NCBI GenBank assembly: GCA_052279835.1
Contig: CP181291.1
Span: 96,001 to 160,000, forward strand
Reading direction: 5' to 3'
Source: Microcoleus sp.
GTDB lineage: Bacteria; Cyanobacteriota; Cyanobacteriia; Cyanobacteriales; Microcoleaceae
Length of the DNA stretch: 64,000 bases
The notes below the pieces were generated by a model, which saw nothing but the letters and a program-made list of their open reading frames with translations, searched no databases and was not told where the DNA came from. Position 1 is the first letter of the stretch; every line of letters begins with the position of its first letter. Shown here piece after piece: positions 17,475-28,370 of the stretch. The translations under genes were made by a program, and so were the position numbers.

Positions 17475-20400
17475 TTACCGATCGCTTCCAACTTCCGCCA
17501 AGTGCCAAAACGTCATCCCATTTTCCGCATGACTGAGCAAAATCCCCAAATCTTCCAAGCTTTCTAGACAGTCGAGAATCACTTTTTGTTTGCGATTGGC
17601 ACCTTTGAAATGGGCGGTGACTTGGGCGGCTGTCCATTCGCCGCTTTGGGTGCGGAACAAGTCGCGGATGGCCCAAAGTTGCTCTTTCAGGGTTTTGGGG
17701 AAGGGTTGTTGTTCCGTGGGGGAGACGGCGATTTCGGTTTCGGTTATGATACCTGCAAGGGATGGTTGGACGTAGGTTTCGCCGGGGGCTTGGTAGTCGG
17801 GACGCAGCCAGCGAATAAGTCCGTTGCGTTCTTCTTCGGCGCGTTGGGCGTTGAGGGTGACGAGGTTTTCCAGGATTTGGTCGTCGGTGAGGGTGGGTTC
17901 CCAACCATAGGCGGCAAATACGGCGGCATCAAGTTCGTCGTGGATTTGTTTGAGGGTGGAGACTAGGGCTTTTTGGTTGAAGGCTTTGTCTTTGTCGTCG
18001 AGGGGTTCGCCTTTGCGGAGTTTTTCGAGGAGGTTGTACATCCCCGTGATGGTGACTTCGGGATGAGTGGTTTGGACTTGTTTGCGGTGGCGATCGAGGC
18101 GTTCTCCGAGTTCTCGGATGGTTTGTTTTTGGGTGTCGGTGGGGTCGGGGAAGGGGAAGGGGTCGAACACGATTGCAGGTTTCCAACGTAAATCATTCCC
18201 TATTCCCATACGTGGAGCCACCTTTTCTAACCACTTTTGATGAATTTTTGATTGCAATACACCAAGAACCCACGCATCATCTGAAACTACAGAATAAAGC
18301 TGAACATCGGGTAATAAGTTGGCATCTACAAATAAAAATGGTTTGAATTTAGATGTATCAGGAGTGACTATAAAGCGTTTGATTCCTGATATTGATTTTC
18401 GTAATTTTGGTGCATTCTCACCGAATAGCCACCAGTTACGTTTTCGAGACTCTCGATTATTCTGGTCACGAAGTGGCTTTACAGTCTCTAAGATCCTCTG
18501 ATAAAGAATTGGGTATTGCAGATATGCTTCTTCTTCTTTCAAACCGAAGAAATCAATCAACCACTTTTTTTTCCGTTGCTGAACTAGATCTCGACCAATC
18601 ATGTATGGTTTGACAACAGGGGGTAAATTATTAATATCTAAACCAAGCATATCCAATTCCTCTTCTCTGAGTCTAAATCCTTCACCAAGTGGGATAACAC
18701 CTTGAAAGGATATTGATTTGTTAGATAATAAACTTACCATAGTGACAGTATTAGCTCCGACAGTAAGATCTGGATTAATAATGCCTCGTTGTTCAGATAG
18801 TTCAACAACAGAGACTTCATCTTCTCCAAAAAGTTCGTTCTGCACAGTAAGTAACCTGCCTTGAATCTGCTCTGAGCCACCAACAGTCATGGCAACGCGG
18901 ACTGCTGCACCATCAAGACTATCCACCCAAGGATGATCGGGTAGCGCAAAAAGAATTGACATACCCGATTCTAAAGCTTGCTGCACTATTTTTCTATTTA
19001 AAGCTTGCGTGATTGAATTTGTAGTGATAAAGCCAAAACATTTAACTTTTCTAGAGCTTACAAGCTCGGCAGCTTTATGCCACCAGTACATTACAAAATC
19101 TATTGTTTCAGGAAGTTCTTTCCAAGTATTGCGAAGAATTGCAACGTAACTGTCACCTAAAGTAGACCTCATTCTCTTATTTCCAATAAACGGAGGGTTC
19201 CCCAAAATATAATCCGCGTTTGGCCAAGTAGCCTTTTGCGTTTTACCCGAAATTGGCTCTATTCCGTCATAGGCCAACACCGCATCCCGGCATTCAATAT
19301 TGTTGTACTCCCGCAACACAGGTTCGATCGGCGGAATATCGCCAAACCGCCGAAAATGCCACTGCAAATATCCAATCCAAATCACCAAATCCGCGATCGC
19401 TGCCGCCCTCGGATTGATCTCAATTCCCAAAAACTGACTCGGATTAACTTGTGCAATATCTAACCGCAACTGCGCCGCCCCTGTAACATCCTCCAAGCGC
19501 CGCAACACCTCCGACTCCAACCCTTTCAACAAATCCAATGTCACATACAAAAAATTCCCCGATCCGCACGCCGGATCGAGAATTTTTACTTGTTGTAACT
19601 CCGTCAGAAATGCCTCTAAAACCGCGATCGCCTTTTTCCTTTGATTCGCAGTCGGTTCCGATTCCCCCGCGTTGAGCAACTGTTTAACCTCCGCTTGTAC
19701 CGCAATCCAGCGATCGCCCAAAGGCTCCATCACCACAGGCTTAACCAACCGTTCCACATACGATCGCGGCGTATAATGCGCCCCCAACTTACTCCTCTCC
19801 CGTGCATCCAGCGCCCTTTCCAACAACGTCCCAAAAATCGCAGGTTCCACATTGCACCAATCCCGCTTCGCCGCCTGTAACAACACTTCCAACTGCGCCT
19901 TTGTCAACGCAAACGCCTGGGATTCCGCAAACAATCCGCCATTAAACCGCAACAATTGGCCATGAAAACCAAAACTCGTCCCCTCATTCATCGCCTCCCA
20001 AAGCGCCTCTACCTCCGGTTTAAACATCTTCGGATTGAGAATCCATCGCGTTTCCAGCGCCTGCGTGAACAGATGTTCCTTCAGCAACCCCACATCCTCA
20101 GCAAACATGGTGAAAATACAGCGCATCAAAAACTGGGCGACTTGCTGCGGATCGACATTCGCCTCCATTCTTTTCGCCAACTCGGCCAAATCCGCCGCCA
20201 CTTCCCGCGTCACCCGCGCCGCAATCTTCTCTGGGTTGCGCTGCTGTGGATTGCTAAAAATATCGACAAACAAATCGAAAATATCGGCTTTTCGCAACTC
20301 GGCCAATCCAATTTCTCGCCGCGCCCCATAGCCGCCGTAATCGCCGCTAAAACCCATCCACAATTCAAAGTGATCGCCAATATCGCAAGTCAACAAAAAC

Positions 20401-20783
20401 GGCGGTTTGCTGGTGAGAGTTCGAGTATAAGCAACTGCTTGCACAAAGGCTTTTTCCATTTCTCGCAAATAGGTATTGGTTCCCCGCTTTGCAGTTCCCT
20501 TATTACTCGTGGTTCCGCCCTGTTTTGCCTCTATTAAAAAATGCTCGGCTTTATAAAAATCAACAAATCCCGAAGTCACTTTCCCGCTGGGGTGAAAAAT
20601 TTTGACATCTTTATCAAAGCAGTATGGATCGTTGGGAATTCTGCCTTTATCCATTGGGCGATCGACCCCCAGCGCATCGCACATTTCCGCAAAAAACAAC
20701 TGGTAGTTTGCGCGTTCATTGCCACTAGAACCTGCCCAGCGCGTGATGAATGTTTCGACTCTGGTGCGATCGGCTTCATTCAT
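17475..20783 (-). CDS. MmeI-like type IIL restriction-modification enzyme (endonuclease, m6A methyltransferase and target-recognition domain in one chain)
   Basis: NERANYQLF, nuclease VDFYK..FLIEAKQ, FNGGLF, IFGTLLE, GAHYTP, motif I LDPACGSGNFL, motif IV GNPPF, FDPFPFP, HDELDAAVFAAYGW. Confidence 0.9.
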   Translation of the reverse strand: MNEADRTRVETFITRWAGSSGNERANYQLFFAEMCDALGVDRPMDKGRIPNDPYCFDKDVKIFHPSGKVTSGFVDFYKAEHFLIEAKQGGTTSNKGTAKRGTNTYLREMEKAFVQAVAYTRTLTSKPPFLLTCDIGDHFELWMGFSGDYGGYGARREIGLAELRKADIFDLFVDIFSNPQQRNPEKIAARVTREVAADLAELAKRMEANVDPQQVAQFLMRCIFTMFAEDVGLLKEHLFTQALETRWILNPKMFKPEVEALWEAMNEGTSFGFHGQLLRFNGGLFAESQAFALTKAQLEVLLQAAKRDWCNVEPAIFGTLLERALDARERSKLGAHYTPRSYVERLVKPVVMEPLGDRWIAVQAEVKQLLNAGESEPTANQRKKAIAVLEAFLTELQQVKILDPACGSGNFLYVTLDLLKGLESEVLRRLEDVTGAAQLRLDIAQVNPSQFLGIEINPRAAAIADLVIWIGYLQWHFRRFGDIPPIEPVLREYNNIECRDAVLAYDGIEPISGKTQKATWPNADYILGNPPFIGNKRMRSTLGDSYVAILRNTWKELPETIDFVMYWWHKAAELVSSRKVKCFGFITTNSITQALNRKIVQQALESGMSILFALPDHPWVDSLDGAAVRVAMTVGGSEQIQGRLLTVQNELFGEDEVSVVELSEQRGIINPDLTVGANTVTMVSLLSNKSISFQGVIPLGEGFRLREEELDMLGLDINNLPPVVKPYMIGRDLVQQRKKKWLIDFFGLKEEEAYLQYPILYQRILETVKPLRDQNNRESRKRNWWLFGENAPKLRKSISGIKRFIVTPDTSKFKPFLFVDANLLPDVQLYSVVSDDAWVLGVLQSKIHQKWLEKVAPRMGIGNDLRWKPAIVFDPFPFPDPTDTQKQTIRELGERLDRHRKQVQTTHPEVTITGMYNLLEKLRKGEPLDDKDKAFNQKALVSTLKQIHDELDAAVFAAYGWEPTLTDDQILENLVTLNAQRAEEERNGLIRWLRPDYQAPGETYVQPSLAGIITETEIAVSPTEQQPFPKTLKEQLWAIRDLFRTQSGEWTAAQVTAHFKGANRKQKVILDCLESLEDLGILLSHAENGMTFWHLAEVGSDR

Positions 20784-20874
20784 GCTTCAATCCTGCTGCT
20801 GGTTTTTTCTAGGACTTATCATATCAAATCTGGTTGCACGACCTATGAGAGGACACTCCAAGAGCCCAAAGCGT

Positions 20875-20944
20875 GTCAACTTAAGGTACAACCGATAGTC
20901 CGCCAGGGACTTCAGTCCCTGGCGGGCTTTCGGCTTAAGTTGAC
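20875..20944. repeat. Short derivative of the GTCAACTTAAG inverted-repeat element with an internal 12-bp-arm hairpin
   Basis: GTCAACTTAAG (20875) ... CTTAAGTTGAC (20944) enclosing CCGCCAGGGACT-TC-AGTCCCTGGCGG. Confidence 0.7.
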
Positions 20945-20952
20945 TAGATTTC

Positions 20953-20996
20953 AAAAAAAAATAGGTTGGGTTTACTTATGTTAAACCCAACCTATT
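20953..20996 (-). terminator. Intrinsic terminator downstream of cphA
   Basis: 15-bp stem AATAGGTTGGGTTTA/TAAACCCAACCTATT followed by a U-tract on the minus strand, about 20 nt after the cphA stop. Confidence 0.75.
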
Positions 20997-21017
20997 AATT
21001 AAATGATAATTAAGAGT

Positions 21018-23739
21018 TTAGCCTTGATTCACAACAGTCGTTTGTAAACTTTCCTGTGACTTCGATCGATCTAAACCATTTTGAACTGCCACAGATTCCT
21101 TAATCGGTTTCCGCGCTTCTATTAAACTCAGAGCTTTGTTGACACCTTCAGGTAAAATTACTACCAAGCTGCCAGCAGGTGCTTCGTCTAAAGCCTTATT
21201 AATCGCAATTGTTTCATCGAGAATCAACTCGTATTCAACCTTAGATTGAGCGCCGGTTCGTGCAGCCATAGTCTCTGCAATCCCCTGACAAATTAACTTG
21301 GCCACCACACCGGGTTCCCGGCCGCGCCGATCGAGATCTTCTTTGACAATAATGCGATCGAAAATATCCGCCGAAAGTTTACCCAACAGGACAAAATCCT
21401 CATCTCGCCTGTCTCCGGGCGCACCAATTACCCCGATCCGCATTCCATCCCAATTCTGCACGAAACTCCCCAAAGCCTTGTAACTGTGAGGGTTGTGGGC
21501 ATAGTCGAGCAAAGCGTGATATTTACCCAAATTAAACAGGTTCATCCGTCCGGGAGTTTGACCTACCGATGCCTGGAAGCTTGACAAAGCCGATCGAATG
21601 TCCTCTATTTTCACTCCTTGGGCAAAAGCAGCCAAACAAGCTGCTAAAGCATTGGCAATCATGAACGGTGCCCGTCCGCCCATCGTCAGAGGCACGTTGA
21701 CAGCCTGCTCAATTCTCAGCGTCCAATCGCCCTTCAGGATCGACAAATAGCCATTCTCGTAAATCGCAGCCAGCCCGCCCGCAGCCGTATGTCTGGCCAC
21801 CAGTTCGTTATCTGGGTTCATGGAGAAATATGCAATTTGAGCCTTGACACTTTGCGCCATTCGTGATACTAGCGGGTCGTCTGCATTCAGGACTGCATAG
21901 CCCTTGGGCATCACCGACTCTACCAGCACGCTCTTGAGGGTGGCCAGTTGTTCCACGGTGTCGATGTCGCCAATGCCTAAGTGGTCGGCGGCGACGTTCA
22001 AGACGACACCCACATCGCACTGGTCGAAGCCCAAGCCCGATCGCAAAATTCCGCCCCTAGCTGTTTCCAGCACCGCGACTTCCACCGTCGGATCGGACAA
22101 AATCAACTGAGCGCTTTGGGGCCCGGTATTGTCTCCGCTTTCCACCAAATATTCACCGATGTAAGTACCGTCAGTAGTTGTATACCCAGTAACTTGACCA
22201 GTCTGCTTGACAATATGGGCCAGGAGGCGAGTGGTGGTAGTTTTGCCGTTTGTCCCCGTTACCGCTAAAATCGGCACCCGACTCACTCCAGGAGAGGGGA
22301 ACAGCATATCCATCACTGCGCCGGCGACGTTGCGCGGCAAACCTTGACTCGGTGCAACGTGCATTCTGAAACCTGGTGCTGCGTTGACTTCGACGATGAC
22401 ACCATCGACATCGCGCAGGGGTTTTGAGATATCGGCGGTTACGACGTCAATGCCGGCGATGTCCAAACCGATAATTTTGGCAACTCTGGAAAATAACCAG
22501 ACGTTTTCGGGGTGGATTTCGTCGGTGCGATCGACTGCAATTCCCCCCGTACTCAAGTTGGCTGTCGCCCGCAAAAATACTCTTTTCCCTGATGGTACTA
22601 CTGAGTCGAGGCTGTAGCCTTGTTTTTGCAGCAAATCTAAAGACAATTTATCGATCGTAATCCTGGTGAGAACATTGTCGTGTCCGTCTCCCCGCTGCGG
22701 GTCGCTGTTGACTTCTTCAATTAACTGTTCTACGGTCTTTTTGCCATTACCCACAACGTTAGCGGGGACTCGTTCTGCTACCGCTACGACTTGACCGTTG
22801 ACTACCAATACTCTGTGGTCCCTACCTGTGTAATAGCGTTCAATAATGATGCTTTTGGTTTTTGAGGCGGCGCTGGCGAGGGTCGTAGGCTTCTTCTGCT
22901 ACTTCCCAGGAATTGATGTCGATGGTGATGCCGCGTCCGTGATTGCCGTCTAGGGGTTTAATCACAATGGGATAGCCGCCCACTTCTTCGATCGCACTTT
23001 GCAGTTCATCTAAATAGTGAATTACCGTACCTCTGGGCACCGGCACACCAGCACTACCCAGGATATTTTTAGTACCTTCCTTGTCGCAAGCTAGTTCTAC
23101 TCCCAACACTCCCGTGCGGTTGCTCAAAGTTGCTTGAATCCGCTTTTGATGAACCCCGTAGCCTAACTGAATCATAAACCTCGCACTCAATTGCATCCAA
23201 GGAATGCCACGAGCTTCCGCTTCCTTGACCAGTGTTTCGGTGCTCGGTCCCAAGGCCGCCGACGCTGCAAAATCTGTGAGGTCTCTTAAATCTTGGGCCA
23301 ACTCTGTAGATGAGTAAGTGCCGGTACTGACAATGCTCTGGCACAAGCGGACCCCAGCCCTGGCCGCGTAGCGACCTGCTTGTTCGTTTTGATACTCAAG
23401 TACCACTTGGTAAATGCCTGGGGTCGAAGTCTCGCGGGTGCGACCGAATCCCGCAGGCATCCCTGCCATTTCCTGAAGTTCTAGGGCGACGTGTTCGATG
23501 ACGTGTCCCATCATCGTGCCTTCTTTCACACGTTGCAGGAAGCCTCCCTGACGACCTGGGGAACAAAAATGCTCGTATAAACTCGGCAGCACCGCCAGTA
23601 AGCCCTCGTAGAATCCAGGAATTTGAGCTGTGGTTTTGTCGGCTAAATCTTCTAAATCTAGACGCATGACGATCAGTTTTTGGCGTCGGATACTCCAATA
23701 ATTAGGGCCGCGCAAGGTCTGGATTTTTAGTATTTTCAT
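21018..23739 (-). pseudogene. cphA: Cyanophycin synthetase, split by a +1 frameshift at about 22880-22882 (likely sequencing error)
   Basis: MKILKIQTLRGPNYWS, HVIEHVALELQ, KPLDGNHGRG in the first ORF; ATANLSTGG, EVNAAPG, VTGTNGKTTT, DYAHN in the second. Removing one C gives AYDLASAASKTKSIIIERYYTG. Confidence 0.92.
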
Positions 23740-24549
23740 AAAGCCTCGTAGATGTTTGGAAAGCCTAAATTTTGAGTTTGGTGATGAAAAACTACTCAGG
23801 GGATTTTCATCAACATAACTCGACTGGATTTGTAGGAGAGAAACTTTATATCTAGCCCCTGAGCCTTTTGGGTCAATTTTTTGCCAGTTTCTAGGCGGAA
23901 ATCTGATAGTTTAAATTCCCTGTTTCAAGATACAACAATTATTGAGAAAGAACTTTTTGGTAGCCATCCCCAATCAGTTTAATTCTTCAAAATTTTTTGT
24001 GTTCGCCACAAACTCTCTTCTGAGGGTGATTCAAATTGAGTTTGTGGCTGCTGAGTATTGCACTGGAAGGATGAGCTTCGTGGGGCAGTTACCATCGGCA
24101 TTAATTAAACAAATTTTGGCGGTGCGATCGAATCCACCCTTAATTTTTGTTTCCGAAGGTTTACCGTCCTGGGACTGCTTGCTGAACACTTGCAGACAAT
24201 TACCCTTGCCAAAAATGGCTTCGAGGAGTTGAGTTCTCCTCAATTTTTGTAAGATGCTGACCACGAAGTTCACATTCCTATTGCAATGTATCTTTGACTT
24301 TATTGGATCATTTATTCAATTTCAAGCCATAGTCTCCGATAAACTGTTCGCTAAGAACATTTTTGTACTAATTTTTCAGTTAGTGCCCACGGAATTGGAG
24401 ATTTTACCTGTGAGATCGGGAGATCCACATCGATCGGGCGATCGAGCAATCTGGCGTGGGTTTCTGATGTTCCCATAGCTTATCCTCCGTCCTCAATTTT
24501 TGGCTAGTAATTCATGATTGACGAGGGGGGATGACTATTATTTGCTGTC

Positions 24550-25443
24550 TTAGTTGGAGGTGCGACATTCAGGAGGCCACCCAGACTCGGAACAGGCGGA
24601 GGATGGCATGGCTTTGCCTAGGGCAATATTGTAACAATCTCCGTGGCAGAGTACGTGCATGCGCAGATTGAACAGACTCAAAGGTTCTGTCGCTCCTACG
24701 TGAGGCTCGTTGGTGTAAAGCATTTCCCTAGAATCGACAATAGTCACAGTTCCTTTACCGAGAATTTTAATCGTGTCGTCTCCTTCAAATAGGGCGCAGG
24801 TGTCTTCGTCAATACCTAGAGCTAGCAGATCCGGGTGGGAGGAAATCGCCGACAGCAACCGAGCCATGCGATTTCGGTTGTGAAAATGCTGATCTACAAT
24901 CACGGACGGTATAATATCCAGACCGTTTGCCAAATCTACTAAAGAGCGATTGGGAGAAGCGCCACTGCCACCACCTGCAATCATGTGATAGCCCATCACC
25001 GCAGCCCCAGCACTGGTTCCAGCTAGGGTAATTTTGCCTTCTCTGGCTTCTTTGCGAATTTTGTCCATTACTGGTGTGTCCGCCAGCAACCCGCACAGCC
25101 GCAGTTGGTCGCCACCTGTGATAAATACGCCCGTACAGTCTTCTAAGTAATCCTTCCACACGGGGTTTTCGGCCTGTTCGCGTTCCCGGATATCAACTAC
25201 TTTGACAGCACTGACACCCATTTCGTCAAAGATGGTGCGGTAGCGGTTGCTAATCCCTTCTGGATCTCGCGAAGCTGAGGGAACGATCGCCAGTCTCGCC
25301 TCTGTACCCCCAGAACGGTGAAAAAATGTGTTCAGAATCTCGCGACCGTGAACTTTGTCTTCGGCCCCCCCGATCACCATAATCGAGGTTTTTGTCCGCT
25401 GGGAAATGTTTTGTTCAAGGGCTGGAGATGTTAATTGCTGCAT
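24550..25443 (-). CDS. cphB: Cyanophycinase
   Basis: IGGAEDK, TGGDQLRL, GTSAGA (catalytic Ser), DQHFHNRNRMARL, GIDEDT; upstream of cphA. Confidence 0.95.
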   Translation of the reverse strand: MQQLTSPALEQNISQRTKTSIMVIGGAEDKVHGREILNTFFHRSGGTEARLAIVPSASRDPEGISNRYRTIFDEMGVSAVKVVDIREREQAENPVWKDYLEDCTGVFITGGDQLRLCGLLADTPVMDKIRKEAREGKITLAGTSAGAAVMGYHMIAGGGSGASPNRSLVDLANGLDIIPSVIVDQHFHNRNRMARLLSAISSHPDLLALGIDEDTCALFEGDDTIKILGKGTVTIVDSREMLYTNEPHVGATEPLSLFNLRMHVLCHGDCYNIALGKAMPSSACSESGWPPECRTSN

Positions 25444-25752
25444 GGTGTGTCTTCCTCGGTTAGGTGTGAAATTAAATTTTGCCGTGTTGTGGGTACGATC
25501 GGCGTTTTAAAGACTGAATAATTTAGCGTGAGGTTCGATGGAGAATCGCGATCGCCCGCAGTCCTTCGGAAGCTAGTTTAGAAAAGGCACTGTACTGAAA
25601 ACAGATAATTTTCATACAAAACGTAGCCCATACACAAAAGCATAAAATTTGAGTTGCAAAAATTTTAAGAAATTATGAAGAATAATGCAATTACCGAAAA
25701 TCGATCGCCCTCTAGAGGTGAAACTAGAGTGTGTCAATAAATTTAAAGTATT

Positions 25753-26448
25753 GTGCGATTTGACGTTGTTACCCTATTTCCAGAATTTTTCTTGGCTCCC
25801 CTAGGGTCGGGACTGATGGGCAAAGCCTTAGCTAAAAATATTGCTGAGGTGAATTTTGTCAATCCTCGTGATTTTACCACAGACAAGCACCACCGAGTGG
25901 ACGACGAACCCTACGGTGGTGGAGTGGGGATGTTGATGAAGCCGGAACCGATTTTTGCTGCGGTGGAGTCCTTGCCAATTTTGCCCAGGCGAGAGGTGAT
26001 CTTACTGACTCCCCAGGGGGAACCTATGCAGCAGGCGATGTTTCGGGGGTTGGCTGCTGAGTGCGACCAGTTGGTTTTGATTTGCGGTCATTATGAAGGT
26101 GTGGACGATCGAGTTTTGAATTTGGTGACTCGTGAGGTGTCTTTGGGCGACTTTGTACTCACAGGGGGCGAAATTCCGGCCTTGGCTTTGATTAATGGAG
26201 TTTTACGGCTGTTGCGTGGCACTGTGGGGAAGGAAGATTCTTTGAAGTTTGAGAGTTTTGAGGACGGACTTTTGGATTATCCGCAGTATACTCGACCAGC
26301 CGATTTTCGGGGAGCGAAGGTTCCTGATGTTTTATTATCTGGGAATCATGCCGAAATTGCCCGTTGGCGAAGGGAACAGCAAATTGCCAAAACTCGATCG
26401 CGCCGCCCTGATTTGTATGAGGTTTGGTTGCACGAAGGGGGAAAATAG
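25753..26448 (+). CDS. trmD: tRNA (guanine-N1)-methyltransferase
   Basis: VDDEPYGGGVGM, CGHYEGVDDR, SLGDFVLTGGE, LLDYPQYTRP, LLSGNH. Confidence 0.97.
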   Translation: MRFDVVTLFPEFFLAPLGSGLMGKALAKNIAEVNFVNPRDFTTDKHHRVDDEPYGGGVGMLMKPEPIFAAVESLPILPRREVILLTPQGEPMQQAMFRGLAAECDQLVLICGHYEGVDDRVLNLVTREVSLGDFVLTGGEIPALALINGVLRLLRGTVGKEDSLKFESFEDGLLDYPQYTRPADFRGAKVPDVLLSGNHAEIARWRREQQIAKTRSRRPDLYEVWLHEGGK

Positions 26449-26504
26449 ATCGTCTGCTATCCTCAAGAAACACATAAATAACTCTGTTTTACCAGCTCTA
26501 ACTT

Positions 26505-27236
26505 ATGTCACTAACCGTAGAAAACTTACCAAGAGATTTAATTACCGACGATGGCGAACCAATGGAAAGCAATAACCATAGAGTTGCGATGAATTTACTC
26601 ATCCAATCTCTCAAATATTACTGGCGCGATCGGCAAGACTTTTTTGTAGGCGGCAATATGTTTGTCTACTACAGCATAAACCAAGTCAAAAATCAAGACT
26701 TCAAAGGCCCTGATTTCTTTGTTGTCTTAGATGTAGATGGAACCATAAATAGAGATGCTTGGATTGCTTGGGAAGAAGACAGCCGCCTCCCCGATGTGGT
26801 AATTGAATTAATGTCTCCCTCAACTGCCGAAGTAGATTTAACCACCAAAAAAGATATCTACGAGCGTAAATTAAAAACCCAAGATTATTTTGTCTACAAT
26901 CCCAAAAATCCCAATTCTCTAAGAGGTTGGCAATTAATTAATCGTCGATACCAATCCTTATCTCCTAATCAACAAGGGAGATTATATTGTGAATCGTTAG
27001 GGCTATGGCTGGGTATATGGGAAGGTAAAATAGAAAACTCTCAAGGTACTTGGTTGAGGTTTTTTGATGCCGATGGAAACGTAGTATTAATGCGAGATGA
27101 AGCTGAAACTCAAAGAGCAGAATTAGAGCGACAACAGAAAGAGGAGGCAATACAACAATTAGAAATTGAAAAGCAACAAAAAGCAAAGTTAGCTGCCAAG
27201 TTAAGGGAATTGGGTATTGACCCTGATGAAATTTGA
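26505..27236 (+). CDS. Uma2 family (DUF820) putative endonuclease
   Basis: [41 protein letters not shown]-terminal [13 protein letters not shown]. Confidence 0.9.
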   Translation: MSLTVENLPRDLITDDGEPMESNNHRVAMNLLIQSLKYYWRDRQDFFVGGNMFVYYSINQVKNQDFKGPDFFVVLDVDGTINRDAWIAWEEDSRLPDVVIELMSPSTAEVDLTTKKDIYERKLKTQDYFVYNPKNPNSLRGWQLINRRYQSLSPNQQGRLYCESLGLWLGIWEGKIENSQGTWLRFFDADGNVVLMRDEAETQRAELERQQKEEAIQQLEIEKQQKAKLAAKLRELGIDPDEI

Positions 27237-27297
27237 TTGCTGGGACAAGATATCATTAACCTGCTATTCTTCTTTATTCCTTCTTCCTTCTTATATT

Positions 27298-27777
27298 ATG
27301 AACATCCGCATCGGTAACGGCTACGACATTCACTGCTTGGTTCCAGAACGCCCCCTCATCCTCGGCGGTGTCAACATTCCCCACGCATTAGGATTGCTAG
27401 GTCACAGTGACGCCGACGTACTCACTCACGCGATTATGGACGCAATGCTTGGAGCACTCAGCCTCGGAGATATCGGGCATTATTTCCCACCGACTGACCC
27501 CAAATGGAAAGGTGCTGATAGTTTAGTTTTGCTCGAACAAGTCAACCAGTTGATCTTAGATAAAGGCTGGGAAATTGGCAATATTGATTCTGTAATTGTA
27601 GCAGAACGACCAAAGCTGAAACCGCATATTGAAAAAATGCGCGATCGCCTTTCTAGCGTCCTCAAACTCAACCCAGACCAAATAGGTGTCAAAGCCACCA
27701 CCAACGAAAAGTTAGGTCCCGTGGGCCGAGAAGAAGGAATCGCAGCTTATGCTGTAGTTTTGTTAATGCTAAAATAG
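27298..27777 (+). CDS. ispF: 2-C-methyl-D-erythritol 2,4-cyclodiphosphate synthase
   Basis: [40 protein letters not shown] at 27298. Confidence 0.96.
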   Translation: MNIRIGNGYDIHCLVPERPLILGGVNIPHALGLLGHSDADVLTHAIMDAMLGALSLGDIGHYFPPTDPKWKGADSLVLLEQVNQLILDKGWEIGNIDSVIVAERPKLKPHIEKMRDRLSSVLKLNPDQIGVKATTNEKLGPVGREEGIAAYAVVLLMLK

Positions 27778-27821
27778 TTGTCAGGTTCTGACAATTTTCA
27801 GCTAATTTAGGATTTGAATCT

Positions 27822-28370
27822 ATGCTTGCCGAAAACTTGGAAATCGAAACCCCGATCGATGTTGATATTATCGCCTTAGATAAAGAAGATCGGGTAGTCG
27901 TGCTCATCGAGGTCAAAATTATTCAAGCTCAAGAACCAGCAGCAAAACAGAGGATTGCTGACTACATGATATCTTGGATGAAAGCTGTGTTAGCGAAGAT
28001 ATCCGAGCAACGCACCATAATTCCCTATGCTATGTTTGTTGACACCGAACAAATTCTGATTTTCAAATGGGACGGAGTAAACTTATCTGAACCTGTTTGT
28101 TCTCTAAACACAGGTGAGATACTTCGCTATTATGAGCCTGAATTTGGCAAAAAATGGATATTTGAAGATACCATTGAGACGCTGATCCAATCGTGGCTTC
28201 ATGACTTAGATTATCATTGGAAATCAGAAATTCCACCAGCATCGGAACAAATAGCAGCCATCGGTTTGCTGCCGTTACTTGTAGGTGGAACAACAAAATC
28301 AGGAGTGAAATTAGGTGGCAATCGTATATATCGAGACCAACTTTTTGATGACTATTGCTACAGGGCGTGA
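27822..28370 (+). CDS. Hypothetical protein with a PD-(D/E)xK-like motif
   Basis: VDIIALD...VVLIEVK pattern; overlaps the downstream PIN gene by 56 nt. Confidence 0.55.
   Translation: MLAENLEIETPIDVDIIALDKEDRVVVLIEVKIIQAQEPAAKQRIADYMISWMKAVLAKISEQRTIIPYAMFVDTEQILIFKWDGVNLSEPVCSLNTGEILRYYEPEFGKKWIFEDTIETLIQSWLHDLDYHWKSEIPPASEQIAAIGLLPLLVGGTTKSGVKLGGNRIYRDQLFDDYCYRA

Noticed and set aside
22840..22900. Programmed frameshifting or a natural split of cphA
   Set aside because: No slippery heptamer, and the same single-base pattern occurs in three unrelated genes, which points to sequencing error.
25444..25752. NtcA site in the cphB promoter
   Set aside because: I found no convincing GTA-N8-TAC by eye; the nearest match has wrong spacing.
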